A stretch of DNA of 64,000 nt from Candidatus Woesearchaeota archaeon (GCA_964406515.1 CAYORV010000001.1:33956-97955); one strand, 5' to 3'; counted from the stretch's first letter, positions 39,241-49,104 are shown. The notes: a model not told the origin generated them from the letters alone. Translations and numbers: made by a program.

Positions 39241-40102
39241 AATTGAGAAAACACAAGAGAGTATTCCTCTTATTAGAAAGAATATTGAAAATACAAAGAT
39301 TGTGTATTGTTTTGGATTAAGTGCAGCAGATCCTGAAAATCTTGATAGACTAAGAGAAAGTAAAAAATATTTAGAACATGTTCTTAATCCTATGATTGAG
39401 AAAGGAGAGGTTGGAGATGGCGTTAAAAGTAAATGGGATGATAGAAAGTTTAGGTTTCATTCAGCTAATTTAAAAGATAGCAAATTAGAATTAAATTTAG
39501 GGATAACACATTATCAAGAATGTGCTAATTGTAGATGTTGGGATGAAGAAAAAAGAATTAAAATGATTAAAGAGGGTGAAAAGATATTTAGTGACCCCAA
39601 CGCATTTTTTACAAGAGGATGTGGGATAGGAGTCACACCTATAACCTCTGAAGGTTCTATTTTTGTAGGAAAAAGACAAACTGAAGATAGTTCATATTCT
39701 GGAGAATTGGGTGCGATTAATGGATGGGTTGATTATGTGGAAAGAGTAGATGAGATTGATTTTACATTAGATGTTTTAAGAGAGATGAAAGAAGAATATG
39801 GTATACTTGAAAAAGATATTGATAAATTAATTTTTTCAGCAATAATCTCTCCACCTTCAAGGGCCGACACTGATTTTAGTTATCTTGCTTTATTGAGAAT
39901 TAATGATGAAAAATTCTTAGAAAGATTTCAAACAAGGCAAGATAGAGAACATGGTGAACTTGTTCAAATAGCAAATTATAGTGACATGCAAATATTATTA
40001 CAAACAGGAAGGTTGCCTAAAATTGAAGAAAAATTTAATCTTCTTTATTGCTTAAGAGCTTCTTTAGAACAAATAAAACCTAATGAAATGGTTCTAAATT
40101 AG
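39224..40102 (+). CDS. Hypothetical protein (degenerate Nudix-like segment at best)
   Basis: 'GWVDYVERVDEIDFTLDVLREMKEEYGI' loosely resembles a Nudix box but is not canonical. Confidence 0.3.
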   Translation: MKKDFEIEKTQESIPLIRKNIENTKIVYCFGLSAADPENLDRLRESKKYLEHVLNPMIEKGEVGDGVKSKWDDRKFRFHSANLKDSKLELNLGITHYQECANCRCWDEEKRIKMIKEGEKIFSDPNAFFTRGCGIGVTPITSEGSIFVGKRQTEDSSYSGELGAINGWVDYVERVDEIDFTLDVLREMKEEYGILEKDIDKLIFSAIISPPSRADTDFSYLALLRINDEKFLERFQTRQDREHGELVQIANYSDMQILLQTGRLPKIEEKFNLLYCLRASLEQIKPNEMVLN

Positions 40103-40155
40103 AATATATTCCCTACCTTCTAAAAACTTATAAAACAATTCTCTTTATTCTCCAA

Positions 40156-41301
40156 ATGGTAAAAGAAAAGGACTTATACAAAATACGAGCGGAAATTTCT
40201 CCTGGTTTTAATTACTATTTTGATAAGTTTACTTCTCTTTTTGTAAAAAGTAAGACACATCCAATAAAGAATCCTAAAAAGATTTTGTTTATACGAAATG
40301 ATCATATCGGAGACATGGTTTATTCTACTCAAATTTTTAGAGAAATTAAGAAAATTTTTCCAAATACTAAAATTAGTGTTTTAGCTACAAGGAGCAATAG
40401 AGAAATAATAGAAAAAGATCCTTATGTTGATGAAATTTTGGAGATAGATCTTTTTTGGAGAAGAGGATTAAGGGGGTTTTTAGATTATTTTAAGATACTT
40501 AAAAAAATAAAAAAAGAGAAATTCGACGTAGGTGTTGATCTTAGAAGAAGTAAATTGAATATTATTTTTTTCTTATGGATTCCTAAGATTAAAGCACGAG
40601 CAAGTTTCTATAATTTAAATGGTGGAAAAGCATTTTTGACCCATCCTATTTTGTATGACAAAAAAGCGAATTATGCTCAAGAAAATATTAGATTAATCAA
40701 CAAAGTTTTTGGATTAGATATTAAAAATTATTTGCCGCATGTTATAGCTGATAAAGAAGATGAAAAAGAAGTGGAAAAGTTATTAAAGAAAAATGATTTG
40801 AAAAAATATGTTGTTTTTGCTCCAGGAGCAACTGCAAATTCTAAAAGATGGCCTGAAGAAAAATTCAAAGAGTTAATTGAACGATTTCATGATAAATATC
40901 CCAATCATAAGATTATCTTATCTGGAGCAGGAAGTGACACAAATCTGATAAGGAGATTAGGTGATGATAGAGATTTTTGTGTTCCACTTATTAATTTTAA
41001 TTTAAGATTGATGTCAGTTATTTTCAAAAAGGCAGGAGCTGTTGTTGCTAATGACGGATGCGCAACAGATATATGCTGGGTTGCGGGAGGAAATTTGGTT
41101 GCACTTGTTGGACCAGTCGATTTGGAACTTTGCAAACCTTTAAAGAAAAGTAAAATAATTCATCACAAGGTAGATTGTTATCCTTGTTTTTGGGCAAGAG
41201 AATGTGAAAAGCCTAAAAAAGAATGGTGTATGAATTTAATCACTACTGACGAAGTTATAAAAGCTATTCATGAATTTATGGGAGAAAATAAATTATCTTA
41301 G
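40156..41301 (+). CDS. GT9-family glycosyltransferase (ADP-heptose:acceptor heptosyltransferase-like)
   Basis: 'KKILFIRNDHIGDMVYSTQIFREIKKIFPNTKISVLA' and 'VVFAPGATANSKRWPEEKFKELIERF' match RfaC/RfaF/WaaQ conserved blocks. Confidence 0.65.
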   Translation: MVKEKDLYKIRAEISPGFNYYFDKFTSLFVKSKTHPIKNPKKILFIRNDHIGDMVYSTQIFREIKKIFPNTKISVLATRSNREIIEKDPYVDEILEIDLFWRRGLRGFLDYFKILKKIKKEKFDVGVDLRRSKLNIIFFLWIPKIKARASFYNLNGGKAFLTHPILYDKKANYAQENIRLINKVFGLDIKNYLPHVIADKEDEKEVEKLLKKNDLKKYVVFAPGATANSKRWPEEKFKELIERFHDKYPNHKIILSGAGSDTNLIRRLGDDRDFCVPLINFNLRLMSVIFKKAGAVVANDGCATDICWVAGGNLVALVGPVDLELCKPLKKSKIIHHKVDCYPCFWARECEKPKKEWCMNLITTDEVIKAIHEFMGENKLS

Positions 41302-42159
41302 ACATAACACATTTTTTGCGAAGGGGTTTAAATTAATTATTTCTTTTCCTTCCATTAATATTAAATCTTTTTTGTCTTCGTCAAGATAATAAAAATTAAA
41401 ATTAAGTTTCTTTAAAAGTTTCAGATATTTTTCTTGCCCAAATTTAGAACGTTCAAGTCCTCCAGGAAATAATTCAGTAATTAGTTTAATCTTAGGGTTC
41501 TCTTTTAGTAAATTTTCTCCCCCCATAACAACATAGGGTTCAGCACCTTCTACATCCATCTTAATGAAATTTATTTTCTTATCCAAATTCTTAAAATAAT
41601 CATCTAAACTTATGGCTTCAACTTCAACAGAAGAATGAAAAGATTTGGATTCGAATAAACTACTTGATGCGGAATGTATATTATCTGAATGTAACTTCTT
41701 TTTTTCAAATTTATCTGAAACTGCTTTTTGTTCAAGAATAACATTCTGGTATTTATTTATTTCAACATTTTTCTTCAATAAAGAAAAATTGCTTGGGTCT
41801 GGTTCAAAAGCATAAACTTTACCCTCGTCCCCAACTAACTTTGCAAGAAGCAGAGTATAAAAACCAATATTAGCGCCCAGATCAATAACAATATCTCCTT
41901 TTTTAACAAGGCTTTTTATTGTTTCTGCTTCTAATTCCTCTCTTTCCCAATTAGTATGAACACTTAAATGTAATGCATCATATTTATCTAAGAATAATTT
42001 ATGCCCTTCGGAAGTAATAATAAATTCTGGTTTTAATTTCTTGCGGATATTATCATTTAACTTCATAATCTTTTTTGATTTAGTTAAGAAAGTATTGTTA
42101 AACATATTTACTAATTTTTTATAACTTTTTGCTAATAATTCTTTAGTTTTGATACCCAT
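41293..42159 (-). CDS. FkbM-family SAM-dependent methyltransferase
   Basis: 'IVIDLGANIGFYTLLLAK' FkbM motif. Confidence 0.6.
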   Translation of the reverse strand: MGIKTKELLAKSYKKLVNMFNNTFLTKSKKIMKLNDNIRKKLKPEFIITSEGHKLFLDKYDALHLSVHTNWEREELEAETIKSLVKKGDIVIDLGANIGFYTLLLAKLVGDEGKVYAFEPDPSNFSLLKKNVEINKYQNVILEQKAVSDKFEKKKLHSDNIHSASSSLFESKSFHSSVEVEAISLDDYFKNLDKKINFIKMDVEGAEPYVVMGGENLLKENPKIKLITELFPGGLERSKFGQEKYLKLLKKLNFNFYYLDEDKKDLILMEGKEIINLNPFAKNVLCLR

Positions 42160-42260
42160 TATATTATTTAATTAATGTCCCTTATAAATTTTTATATAAA
42201 ACATAATAAAAAATTAATAAATGCTAATGAATTTATGAGTAAAAAATAGTAATATATATT

Positions 42261-42282
42261 TTCCCTCAATAATCTTTAAAAG
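42261..42282 (+). promoter_or_regulatory. BRE/TATA-like promoter (ttccctcaataatcTTTAAAAG)
   Basis: ~22 bp upstream of the ATG at 42304. Confidence 0.55.
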
Positions 42283-42303
42283 ACATCATCTTCTTTTGCA
42301 TTA

Positions 42304-43377
42304 ATGAAAAGAGCGTTAATAACTGGAATTACAGGACAGGATGGAAGTTATCTTGCTGAATTTTTAATCAATTTAGGTTATGAGGTTCATGGAATTGTTA
42401 GAAGAAGCAGTTCACATAATCGTGGGAGGATAGATCATCTCACAAGTGCAGACAAACACACTTCTATAGCGCAAGAAAATCCAATTTTGCATCACGGAGA
42501 TTTGACGGATTCTTCTTCTGTTGAAAATATTATAAGAGAAGTTAAACCTGACGAAGTTTATAATCTCGGTGCGCAAAGCCATGTTCGGATTAGTTTTGAT
42601 ATCCCCGAAAACACTGCGAATATTGTGGCTTTAGGAACACAGAGAGTTCTAGAAGCTATTAGAAAATTCTGCCCTGATGCAAAATTTTACCAAGCTAGCT
42701 CTTCTGAAATGTTCGGAAAAGTCACAGAAACTCCCCAAACAGAAGAAACTCCCTTTCATCCTAGGAGCCCTTATGGATGCGCCAAAGTCCATGCCCATTA
42801 TATTACTATAAACTACAGGGAAGCTTATGGAATTCACGCATCAAATGGAATTTTATTTAATCATGAAAGTGAAAGACGAGGAGAAAATTTTGTTACAAGA
42901 AAAATTACAAGAAATCTTTCCAGAATTAAAGTAGGAATCCAAAAAAATTTCTCTCTTGGAAATCTTAATGCTGAGAGAGATTGGGGACATGCTCAAGATT
43001 ATGTAAGAGCCATGTGGATGATGCTCCAACAAGAAAATCCAGATGATTATGTTATTGGTACAGGAGAAAAACATTCTGTGAGGGAATTTATTAAAGAAAC
43101 AGCGAAATGTCTTGGAATGGACCTCAAATCAAATGGAGAGGAAGGAGTAAATGAAAAATATATCGATGAGAAAGGAAATGTTGTCATAGAAATTAACCCA
43201 TTATATTTTAGACCGTCAGAAGTAGATTTACTTTTTTCTAATCCTTCTAAAGCAAAAAATGTGTTAGGCTGGGAACCCAAAATTAGATTTAAGGAACTTG
43301 TTAAAAAGATGGTGGATGCTGATTTGACTCTTGCTGAAAAAGAAGCGCAAATAAATCAAAGAATTAAAACATTTTAA
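42304..43377 (+). CDS. gmd: GDP-mannose 4,6-dehydratase
   Basis: '[37 protein letters not shown]', 'YNLGAQSHV', 'SPYGCAKV...Y' and 'NHESERRG' are all GMD hallmark blocks. Confidence 0.8.
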   Translation: MKRALITGITGQDGSYLAEFLINLGYEVHGIVRRSSSHNRGRIDHLTSADKHTSIAQENPILHHGDLTDSSSVENIIREVKPDEVYNLGAQSHVRISFDIPENTANIVALGTQRVLEAIRKFCPDAKFYQASSSEMFGKVTETPQTEETPFHPRSPYGCAKVHAHYITINYREAYGIHASNGILFNHESERRGENFVTRKITRNLSRIKVGIQKNFSLGNLNAERDWGHAQDYVRAMWMMLQQENPDDYVIGTGEKHSVREFIKETAKCLGMDLKSNGEEGVNEKYIDEKGNVVIEINPLYFRPSEVDLLFSNPSKAKNVLGWEPKIRFKELVKKMVDADLTLAEKEAQINQRIKTF

Positions 43378-44448
43378 ATGGAATATAAATATCCTATAGC
43401 AAAACCCTGCTTAAAGGGAAACGAATTGGAATATGTCACAAATGCCGTTAAAACCGGATGGATTTCTTCTCAAGGAGATTATGTGAAAAGATTTGAAGAA
43501 AAATTTGCTGAATGGAACAGCACTAAATATGGGGTTTCATGTTCTTCAGGAACAGCAGCACTTCTCATAGCATTAAGGGCATTAGGGATCAAACAAGGAG
43601 ATGAGGTTATTGTTCCAGAATTTACAATGATTGCTTCTGCTTGGGCGGTTAGTTATACTGGAGCAACTCCTGTTTTTGTGGATTGTAAGGATGACTTGAA
43701 CATCAATGAAAAACTTATAGAAGAAAAGATAACTGAAAAAACAAAAGCTATAATGCCTGTTCATATTTATGGGAGAAGGTGCAACATGGAAAAGATTATG
43801 GATCTTGCTTATAACTACAATTTGTTTGTTGTTGAAGATTCTGCAGAAGGCCATGGAATAAAACCTGTTGGAGATATTGCTTGCTTTTCTCTTTTTGCTA
43901 ATAAAATCATAACTTCGGGAGAAGGGGGAATTTGCGTAACAAATAACAAACGATTAGCAGAACAAATGGTTCATTTGAGAGGTATGGCTTTTACTCCAGA
44001 ACATGATTTTATACATAAAAAACTTGCTTATAATTTTAGGATAACTAATTTACAAGCAGCGGTTGCACTTGCTCAGACAGAAAAGATAAATGAATTTCTG
44101 CAAAAGAGAAAACAAATAGAATTTTGGTATGATGAAAATTTAAGGAATATCCCTCAAATTCAATTAATGCCCAATCGCGAGGTCTTATGGATGTATGATG
44201 TTTTAGTTAAAGATAGAGATAAATTAATGGAATATTTAAAGGAAAATGGAATTGAAACAAGGAAATTTTTTAGACCAATGAGTCAACAACCAATGTATTT
44301 TGATGAAAATTGGAAGAACCTCAATGCTGTTAAATTTAGTGATAGTGGAATTTATCTTCCAACTTATTTTGAACTAAAAGAGGAGGATATAAGATTTATT
44401 GCTAATAAAATAAGGGAATTTTATTCTGGAGTAGAAAATGTCCAATAA
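43378..44448 (+). CDS. DegT/DnrJ/EryC1-family PLP sugar aminotransferase (GDP-perosamine synthase-like)
   Basis: 'KAIMPVHIYGRRCNMEKIMDLAYNYNLFVVEDSAEGHG', 'SLFANKIITSGEGG'. Immediately follows gmd. Confidence 0.75.
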   Translation: MEYKYPIAKPCLKGNELEYVTNAVKTGWISSQGDYVKRFEEKFAEWNSTKYGVSCSSGTAALLIALRALGIKQGDEVIVPEFTMIASAWAVSYTGATPVFVDCKDDLNINEKLIEEKITEKTKAIMPVHIYGRRCNMEKIMDLAYNYNLFVVEDSAEGHGIKPVGDIACFSLFANKIITSGEGGICVTNNKRLAEQMVHLRGMAFTPEHDFIHKKLAYNFRITNLQAAVALAQTEKINEFLQKRKQIEFWYDENLRNIPQIQLMPNREVLWMYDVLVKDRDKLMEYLKENGIETRKFFRPMSQQPMYFDENWKNLNAVKFSDSGIYLPTYFELKEEDIRFIANKIREFYSGVENVQ

Positions 44449-44893
44449 GATATCTAATGAATTGTACGATCAGATTTTAGAGAACATTCCTATTTGTTGT
44501 GTTGATATTATAGTATCTCATAATGGCAAAGTTTTACTAATACATCGTAAAGAAGAACCTGCTAAGGATAAATGGTGGGTTGTTGGAGGAAGAATTTTGA
44601 AAGGAGAAAAATTTATAGAGGCGGTCAAACGAAAAGTAAAAGAAGAGGTTGGATTAGAAATTGAGGTCGAAAAAAGGGTTGGTGTTTACGAACTTATTTT
44701 TGAACAGGGGGATTCTTTAGAGGTAAGAGATGGCACTCATGCTGTAACAATTGTGTATTTGGTTAAACCTTCTAAAGAACAAGATATAAAAATTGATGCA
44801 ACAAGTTCAGACCATAAATGGATTAATGGTATTGAAGAAGACTTAGATCCTTATATTAAACAAATTTTAAAAGATTCAGAGGTTTTTGATTAA
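44438..44893 (+). CDS. Nudix hydrolase (GDP-mannose mannosyl hydrolase Gmm/NudD-like)
   Basis: 'GGRILKGEKFIEAVKRKVKEEVGLEI' canonical Nudix box Gx5Ex7REUxEExGU. Confidence 0.6.
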   Translation: MSNKISNELYDQILENIPICCVDIIVSHNGKVLLIHRKEEPAKDKWWVVGGRILKGEKFIEAVKRKVKEEVGLEIEVEKRVGVYELIFEQGDSLEVRDGTHAVTIVYLVKPSKEQDIKIDATSSDHKWINGIEEDLDPYIKQILKDSEVFD

Positions 44894-47083
44894 ATGGAAG
44901 TATCTCCTGCAGAAATAATCGATAGAATGAGCATTGTTCGATTAAAAATAGAACGAATAGGAAATCCTGAATTAAATTTAGAGATGACTGCGCTGAAACA
45001 AGCACTTGAAGAATTTAGAGAGGGAGAGATTCATATTGAAGATGGGTGGCTTGATGAACTTTATGATATAAATTCAAAAGAATGGGATTTATTAGATAAG
45101 ATGAATGAAGAGAAAAACAAAGGGAATTATGAGGAGGTTGGAAAATTATACTTGGAAACAGAGATGTTGAATAAAAAGAGAAGCAATGTTAAAAATAAAA
45201 TTGTCGAAAAAACAGAAAAGGGATTTAGGGAAATTAAAAAAGGTCATATTTCTGATATGGATAATAAGGAACTAGAAGAAGAAAATAAAAAAGTTCTTCA
45301 AGAAGAGTGTGTAAAAGTTTCTCTTGAAACAGCTAGGGGGGGAATTAAAGAATCCTGTGTGCTTCCAGAACATTTAAGTCAATATGAGGTGGATATTAGT
45401 CCGGAGACTAAAGCCGTGCTTATTACTCCAGACATGGGAAAAGTGAGTAATAAAGATGAAATCATAATTCCAAATCTTCATAATGGTCTCTTTCGGATTC
45501 ATGCATTTCTTCATGAAAAAAATATCTCCTCAGTTACATTGGATACTAGCCTTGATAATGTAAAAAGAGCGTGGGAGTTAATTGGTCGGCACAAGCCCCC
45601 TTTTATTGCATTTAGTCCTTATTATGATAGCATACGTAATGATTTAAACAACGTTGTAAAGGTTCTTGAACTTTCTCCCAATTCTATTATTGTAGCTGGA
45701 GGATTTGAAGCATCACTTAACCCTCAATGGGAAACTCTCGGGGGATTGATAGATATTCTTGTCAAAGGCGAAGGAGAATGGGCTTTAACAGAATTGATTC
45801 AAAGGCATCAAAAGTTTTTTCAGGATAATCCTTATGCAGACAAATTAAAATTTTTAGAGTATTTAAAAAAAGACTTTGAAATTCATCCAATTCCAGGAGT
45901 TTCTATTTTGAGTGCAGATGGCACAATACAAACATCTCCTGTAAAAAAGAGAATTGACCCTAATTTGTATCAGGAAATAAATCTCAATGCATTTCAAAAG
46001 TATCTATCTCTTTCACCAATCGAAAAATATTGGAAGATTAATCGGTGGTTATTTGGGGGTAAAAAGGATGCGTATTTTCGTTTTGTTTCTAGTGATCACT
46101 GCCCCTATAAGTGTGTTTTTTGCCAAAGTTCTGTTTATTATTCAAAAATTATGGGGAAAAAATTTTCTCCTGTTCGTTATATCAATCCTGAAAATATATT
46201 AAAAATAATCAAAGCTGTTTCAGACCAACTTCCATTTATTAATGGTATGTATATAGATGATGAGAATTTTATAATCAATCGTGAGCGTGCAATTGAAGCA
46301 TTAAATTTGATCATTGATGGACGGGAAACTGGAGAAATACGAAAGGACATAGTATTTCAGTGTAGAACAAGAACAGATAATATTGATTCGGAGATTTGCA
46401 GACTCTTGAAACAAGCAGGTTTTGAAACAGTATCTGTAGGATCCGAAAGTTATTCTTCTAAGGAATTGGAATATTTAAATAAAAATACTTCTCCCGAACA
46501 AAATTTGAAAGCAATTAAAATTATACTGGATAGTGGACTCAATGTAGCGGAGAATTATATTTTGTTTACTCCTGCCACAACTGCAGATACATTTTATGAT
46601 AATGCTTTGAGAATTTGTCAGAATATTGGGGAATTGGGTGTTGATGGAACTGCTACATTATTTTTAACTCCTCTTCCCGGGACTAAATTGTGGGGGGATG
46701 GAAATTATGAAATAGTGAGAGATTTTCCTTACAAACAAGAATTATTTAAAAATAAAGTGATGTTTTATAATCCAAAAACAGGATATGATTATATCGGAGA
46801 AGAAATTAAAGTTCCGGGAACAAATAGTATTCTTCCTCACCCTGAAATTATGTTGGTAAATAATCCTTTAATGCGTAAAGTTTCCTTGGAATTTCTCCAG
46901 CATCTCCCAAAAACTATTAATTATTTTAGAGAACTTGCAGGTGGAGAACATTCTCTTTCTAGAGAATTTATTACCTTGGCCAATCTCTCGGCAGCTTCAG
47001 AAATCTTATATGGATTAACAAAAGAACAACGTTGGAAGGATTTAAACAATAGAATTGAAGAGATTGTGAGAAAGAAATCCTAA
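44894..47083 (+). CDS. Cobalamin-binding radical SAM enzyme with a ~250-aa N-terminal extension
   Basis: 'SSDHCPYKCVFCQSS'. B12-binding segment 'VLELSPNSIIVAGGFEAS'. N-terminal charged / coiled-coil-like region has no known motif. Confidence 0.65.
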   Translation: MEVSPAEIIDRMSIVRLKIERIGNPELNLEMTALKQALEEFREGEIHIEDGWLDELYDINSKEWDLLDKMNEEKNKGNYEEVGKLYLETEMLNKKRSNVKNKIVEKTEKGFREIKKGHISDMDNKELEEENKKVLQEECVKVSLETARGGIKESCVLPEHLSQYEVDISPETKAVLITPDMGKVSNKDEIIIPNLHNGLFRIHAFLHEKNISSVTLDTSLDNVKRAWELIGRHKPPFIAFSPYYDSIRNDLNNVVKVLELSPNSIIVAGGFEASLNPQWETLGGLIDILVKGEGEWALTELIQRHQKFFQDNPYADKLKFLEYLKKDFEIHPIPGVSILSADGTIQTSPVKKRIDPNLYQEINLNAFQKYLSLSPIEKYWKINRWLFGGKKDAYFRFVSSDHCPYKCVFCQSSVYYSKIMGKKFSPVRYINPENILKIIKAVSDQLPFINGMYIDDENFIINRERAIEALNLIIDGRETGEIRKDIVFQCRTRTDNIDSEICRLLKQAGFETVSVGSESYSSKELEYLNKNTSPEQNLKAIKIILDSGLNVAENYILFTPATTADTFYDNALRICQNIGELGVDGTATLFLTPLPGTKLWGDGNYEIVRDFPYKQELFKNKVMFYNPKTGYDYIGEEIKVPGTNSILPHPEIMLVNNPLMRKVSLEFLQHLPKTINYFRELAGGEHSLSREFITLANLSAASEILYGLTKEQRWKDLNNRIEEIVRKKS

Positions 47084-47388
47084 ATATACCCTCTATCTCC
47101 AAGATGTTTTTTTAACTTCGCCTCTTCCCGCTCAGTATACGGATCCACTTCTTCTTCCTCGGCGTCTATTTTTTGTATTTGATTTCCTATAGCAGTTGCA
47201 AATTCTGCCTCTTCATCTTTAGTATATATTTCCTTTCTTTCATCTTCTTCATTTTCAAAAACTACTTGTTCTAAAACAAAAGTGATATATTGTTGAATAG
47301 ATTCAAAACTTGTTTCTTTTGTTTTCTTTTCTAATTTTTGTTTTAATTCCTTAGAAATTGAAAGATTTATTTTATTTGCCATCTTCAC
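47080..47388 (-). CDS. Small acidic protein with an RHH (CopG/Arc)-like N-terminus (family member 1 of 3)
   Basis: 'INLSISKELKQKLEKK...SIQQYITFVLEQ' beta-alpha-alpha pattern. Acidic tail with two 'YTxEEA' repeats, ending '...LKKHLGDRGYI'. 4-nt overlap with the upstream sulfatase-family gene. Confidence 0.4.
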   Translation of the reverse strand: MKMANKINLSISKELKQKLEKKTKETSFESIQQYITFVLEQVVFENEEDERKEIYTKDEEAEFATAIGNQIQKIDAEEEEVDPYTEREEAKLKKHLGDRGYI

Positions 47389-48815
47389 AATAATTTATTT
47401 TGCTTTATAAGAATTTGTATTCTTCTTTTTTCATTTAGTGTTTTCAGATCTCTTAAGGTTTTGTCTAATTTTGATTTCATTTCTCTTGTAATCTCTTTAT
47501 TTTTTTCAGCTAAATTTATATTTTCGTCCGGATCTTTTTCTAAATCATATAATGCGGTAATTGGTCCGTGCGTTGTATTACAGAGACAACACACAGAATT
47601 CTCTTTTTCAGGAGATTCCATATATTTATATTTTTTTGTTCTAATCGCTCTTCTTTTTATTCCTGCTGCATTTCCCTCTAAAATGATAGATTCTCTAATC
47701 TCTTCATCTTTTCCAAATAAGAGTGGAAATAAACTTTTACCATCAAATAATAAGGGGTCATATTTTATGCCGATTAAATCTAAAACTGTTGGAGCAAGAT
47801 CTTTTGATTGAATTAATGCTTCAACTTTTTTATTTTTTGGAATTTCTCCCCCAAAAATTATTAAGGGTATGCTAAAATTTGCATCGTATACTCCAGTATT
47901 ACTCAAACACAACACATGCTCACAAGGATCCATTCCATGATCTGCAAACAAGAAAACTATTGTGTCTTTTAGCAAGTTTTCATTTTTTAAGGTGTCAATT
48001 ATTTTTTCTATTAAAAAATCATCATAAAAAATGGCTGTATCATATTTTGCTATTAATCCTTCAAAAGTTTCATCAGACTTAAAACTATTCTTAGTCATCT
48101 CTATCGCTTTTTTATTATAACCTTCTGCAGAGTTTAATGCTTCAAATATCTTTTTACCTTCTTTAGTTGAAGTAAATTTATTATTCAACCAATGAGGAAA
48201 CATGTATGGGCCATGAGTCTCTTGATAATGTAAACAAAGAAAAAAATTATTTTCTTTATTTTGTTTTATTATCTCTATTGCATTGTTTGTGATTATTTCT
48301 CCATTATTATTGAATCGAATTTTGCTTTCCAATTTTTTTGGAACAATGTGGGTGTTGTGCAAAATAGATTTAAATAAATTGTACATCAATGGTTTTTTTT
48401 TGATAGATCTAATTAAACCCCATTTTTTTGATATGTCTAAATTATTTTGCTCAAAATAATAATCAAACCCCATTTTTTGCCAACCCCACAATTTTCTTGG
48501 AAAATGTGTTTTATAACCATTTTTTTGAAGTATTTCTGATAAGAAAACCCCTCCTGTCTCGAAAAAATAATCCATTTCCCTTTGTGTTGGATAATGCATA
48601 AAATCTTGTAATAAAAGATGTCTTCCACTGAGAATTGAGAAAAAAGATTTATGGGTGCCATTAGATACTGAGAAAAAATTTTTGAATAATACTCCTTGAC
48701 TTGCATAAGAATCTATATTTGGAGAAGTATTTCTTTCATATCCATAACAACCTAAGTTTTTTGGTCTTAAACCATCTATTGATAAAAAGATTATGTTTGG
48801 TTTTTTATTTTCCAT
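47385..48815 (-). CDS. Sulfatase-family (PF00884-type, AP superfamily) enzyme with Gly-Thr at the FGly position (Thr-nucleophile phosphotransferase/hydrolase type)
   Basis: 'PNIIFLSIDGLRPKNLGCYG...SVSNGTHKSFFSILSGRH' aligns with the sulfatase 'C-T-P-S-R' block but reads G-T-H-K-S. 'FADHGM'. Start taken at ATG 48815 (MENKKPN, matches the paralog); the track start at 48830 is a TTG. Confidence 0.65.
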   Translation of the reverse strand: MENKKPNIIFLSIDGLRPKNLGCYGYERNTSPNIDSYASQGVLFKNFFSVSNGTHKSFFSILSGRHLLLQDFMHYPTQREMDYFFETGGVFLSEILQKNGYKTHFPRKLWGWQKMGFDYYFEQNNLDISKKWGLIRSIKKKPLMYNLFKSILHNTHIVPKKLESKIRFNNNGEIITNNAIEIIKQNKENNFFLCLHYQETHGPYMFPHWLNNKFTSTKEGKKIFEALNSAEGYNKKAIEMTKNSFKSDETFEGLIAKYDTAIFYDDFLIEKIIDTLKNENLLKDTIVFLFADHGMDPCEHVLCLSNTGVYDANFSIPLIIFGGEIPKNKKVEALIQSKDLAPTVLDLIGIKYDPLLFDGKSLFPLLFGKDEEIRESIILEGNAAGIKRRAIRTKKYKYMESPEKENSVCCLCNTTHGPITALYDLEKDPDENINLAEKNKEITREMKSKLDKTLRDLKTLNEKRRIQILIKQNKLL

Positions 48816-48816
48816 T

Positions 48817-49104
48817 TCACATATATCCAAGATCTTCTAAACTTTCCTTCAAATCTGCTTCTTCCTCTCCGCTGTACCCCTTTCTCTTCTTATCTTCTTC
48901 ATCCCACCGAACATTTCCCTTAATGCCTGCTTCCTCTTCTTTTGTATATCCTTTTCTTTCTGTTTCCCTTCCAGAAAACATCTGTTCTAAAATAAAAAGC
49001 AAGTAATCTTGAATTGATTTAAAATTTGTTTGTTTTATCCTCTCGTCTAATTTTTGTTTTAATTCTTCGGGGATTGAAATAATTATTTCAGCTGTCATCT
49101 TCAC
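48817..49104 (-). CDS. Small acidic RHH-like protein (family member 2)
   Basis: 'IIISIPEELKQKLDERIKQTNFKSIQDYLLFILEQ'. 'GYTKEEEA...GYSGEEEADLKESLEDLGYM' repeats. Confidence 0.4.
   Translation of the reverse strand: MKMTAEIIISIPEELKQKLDERIKQTNFKSIQDYLLFILEQMFSGRETERKGYTKEEEAGIKGNVRWDEEDKKRKGYSGEEEADLKESLEDLGYM

Noticed and set aside
39224-40102. Nudix hydrolase call for the 292-aa protein
   Set aside because: The candidate box lacks the canonical Gx5Ex7REUxEExGU spacing, so it is kept as hypothetical.
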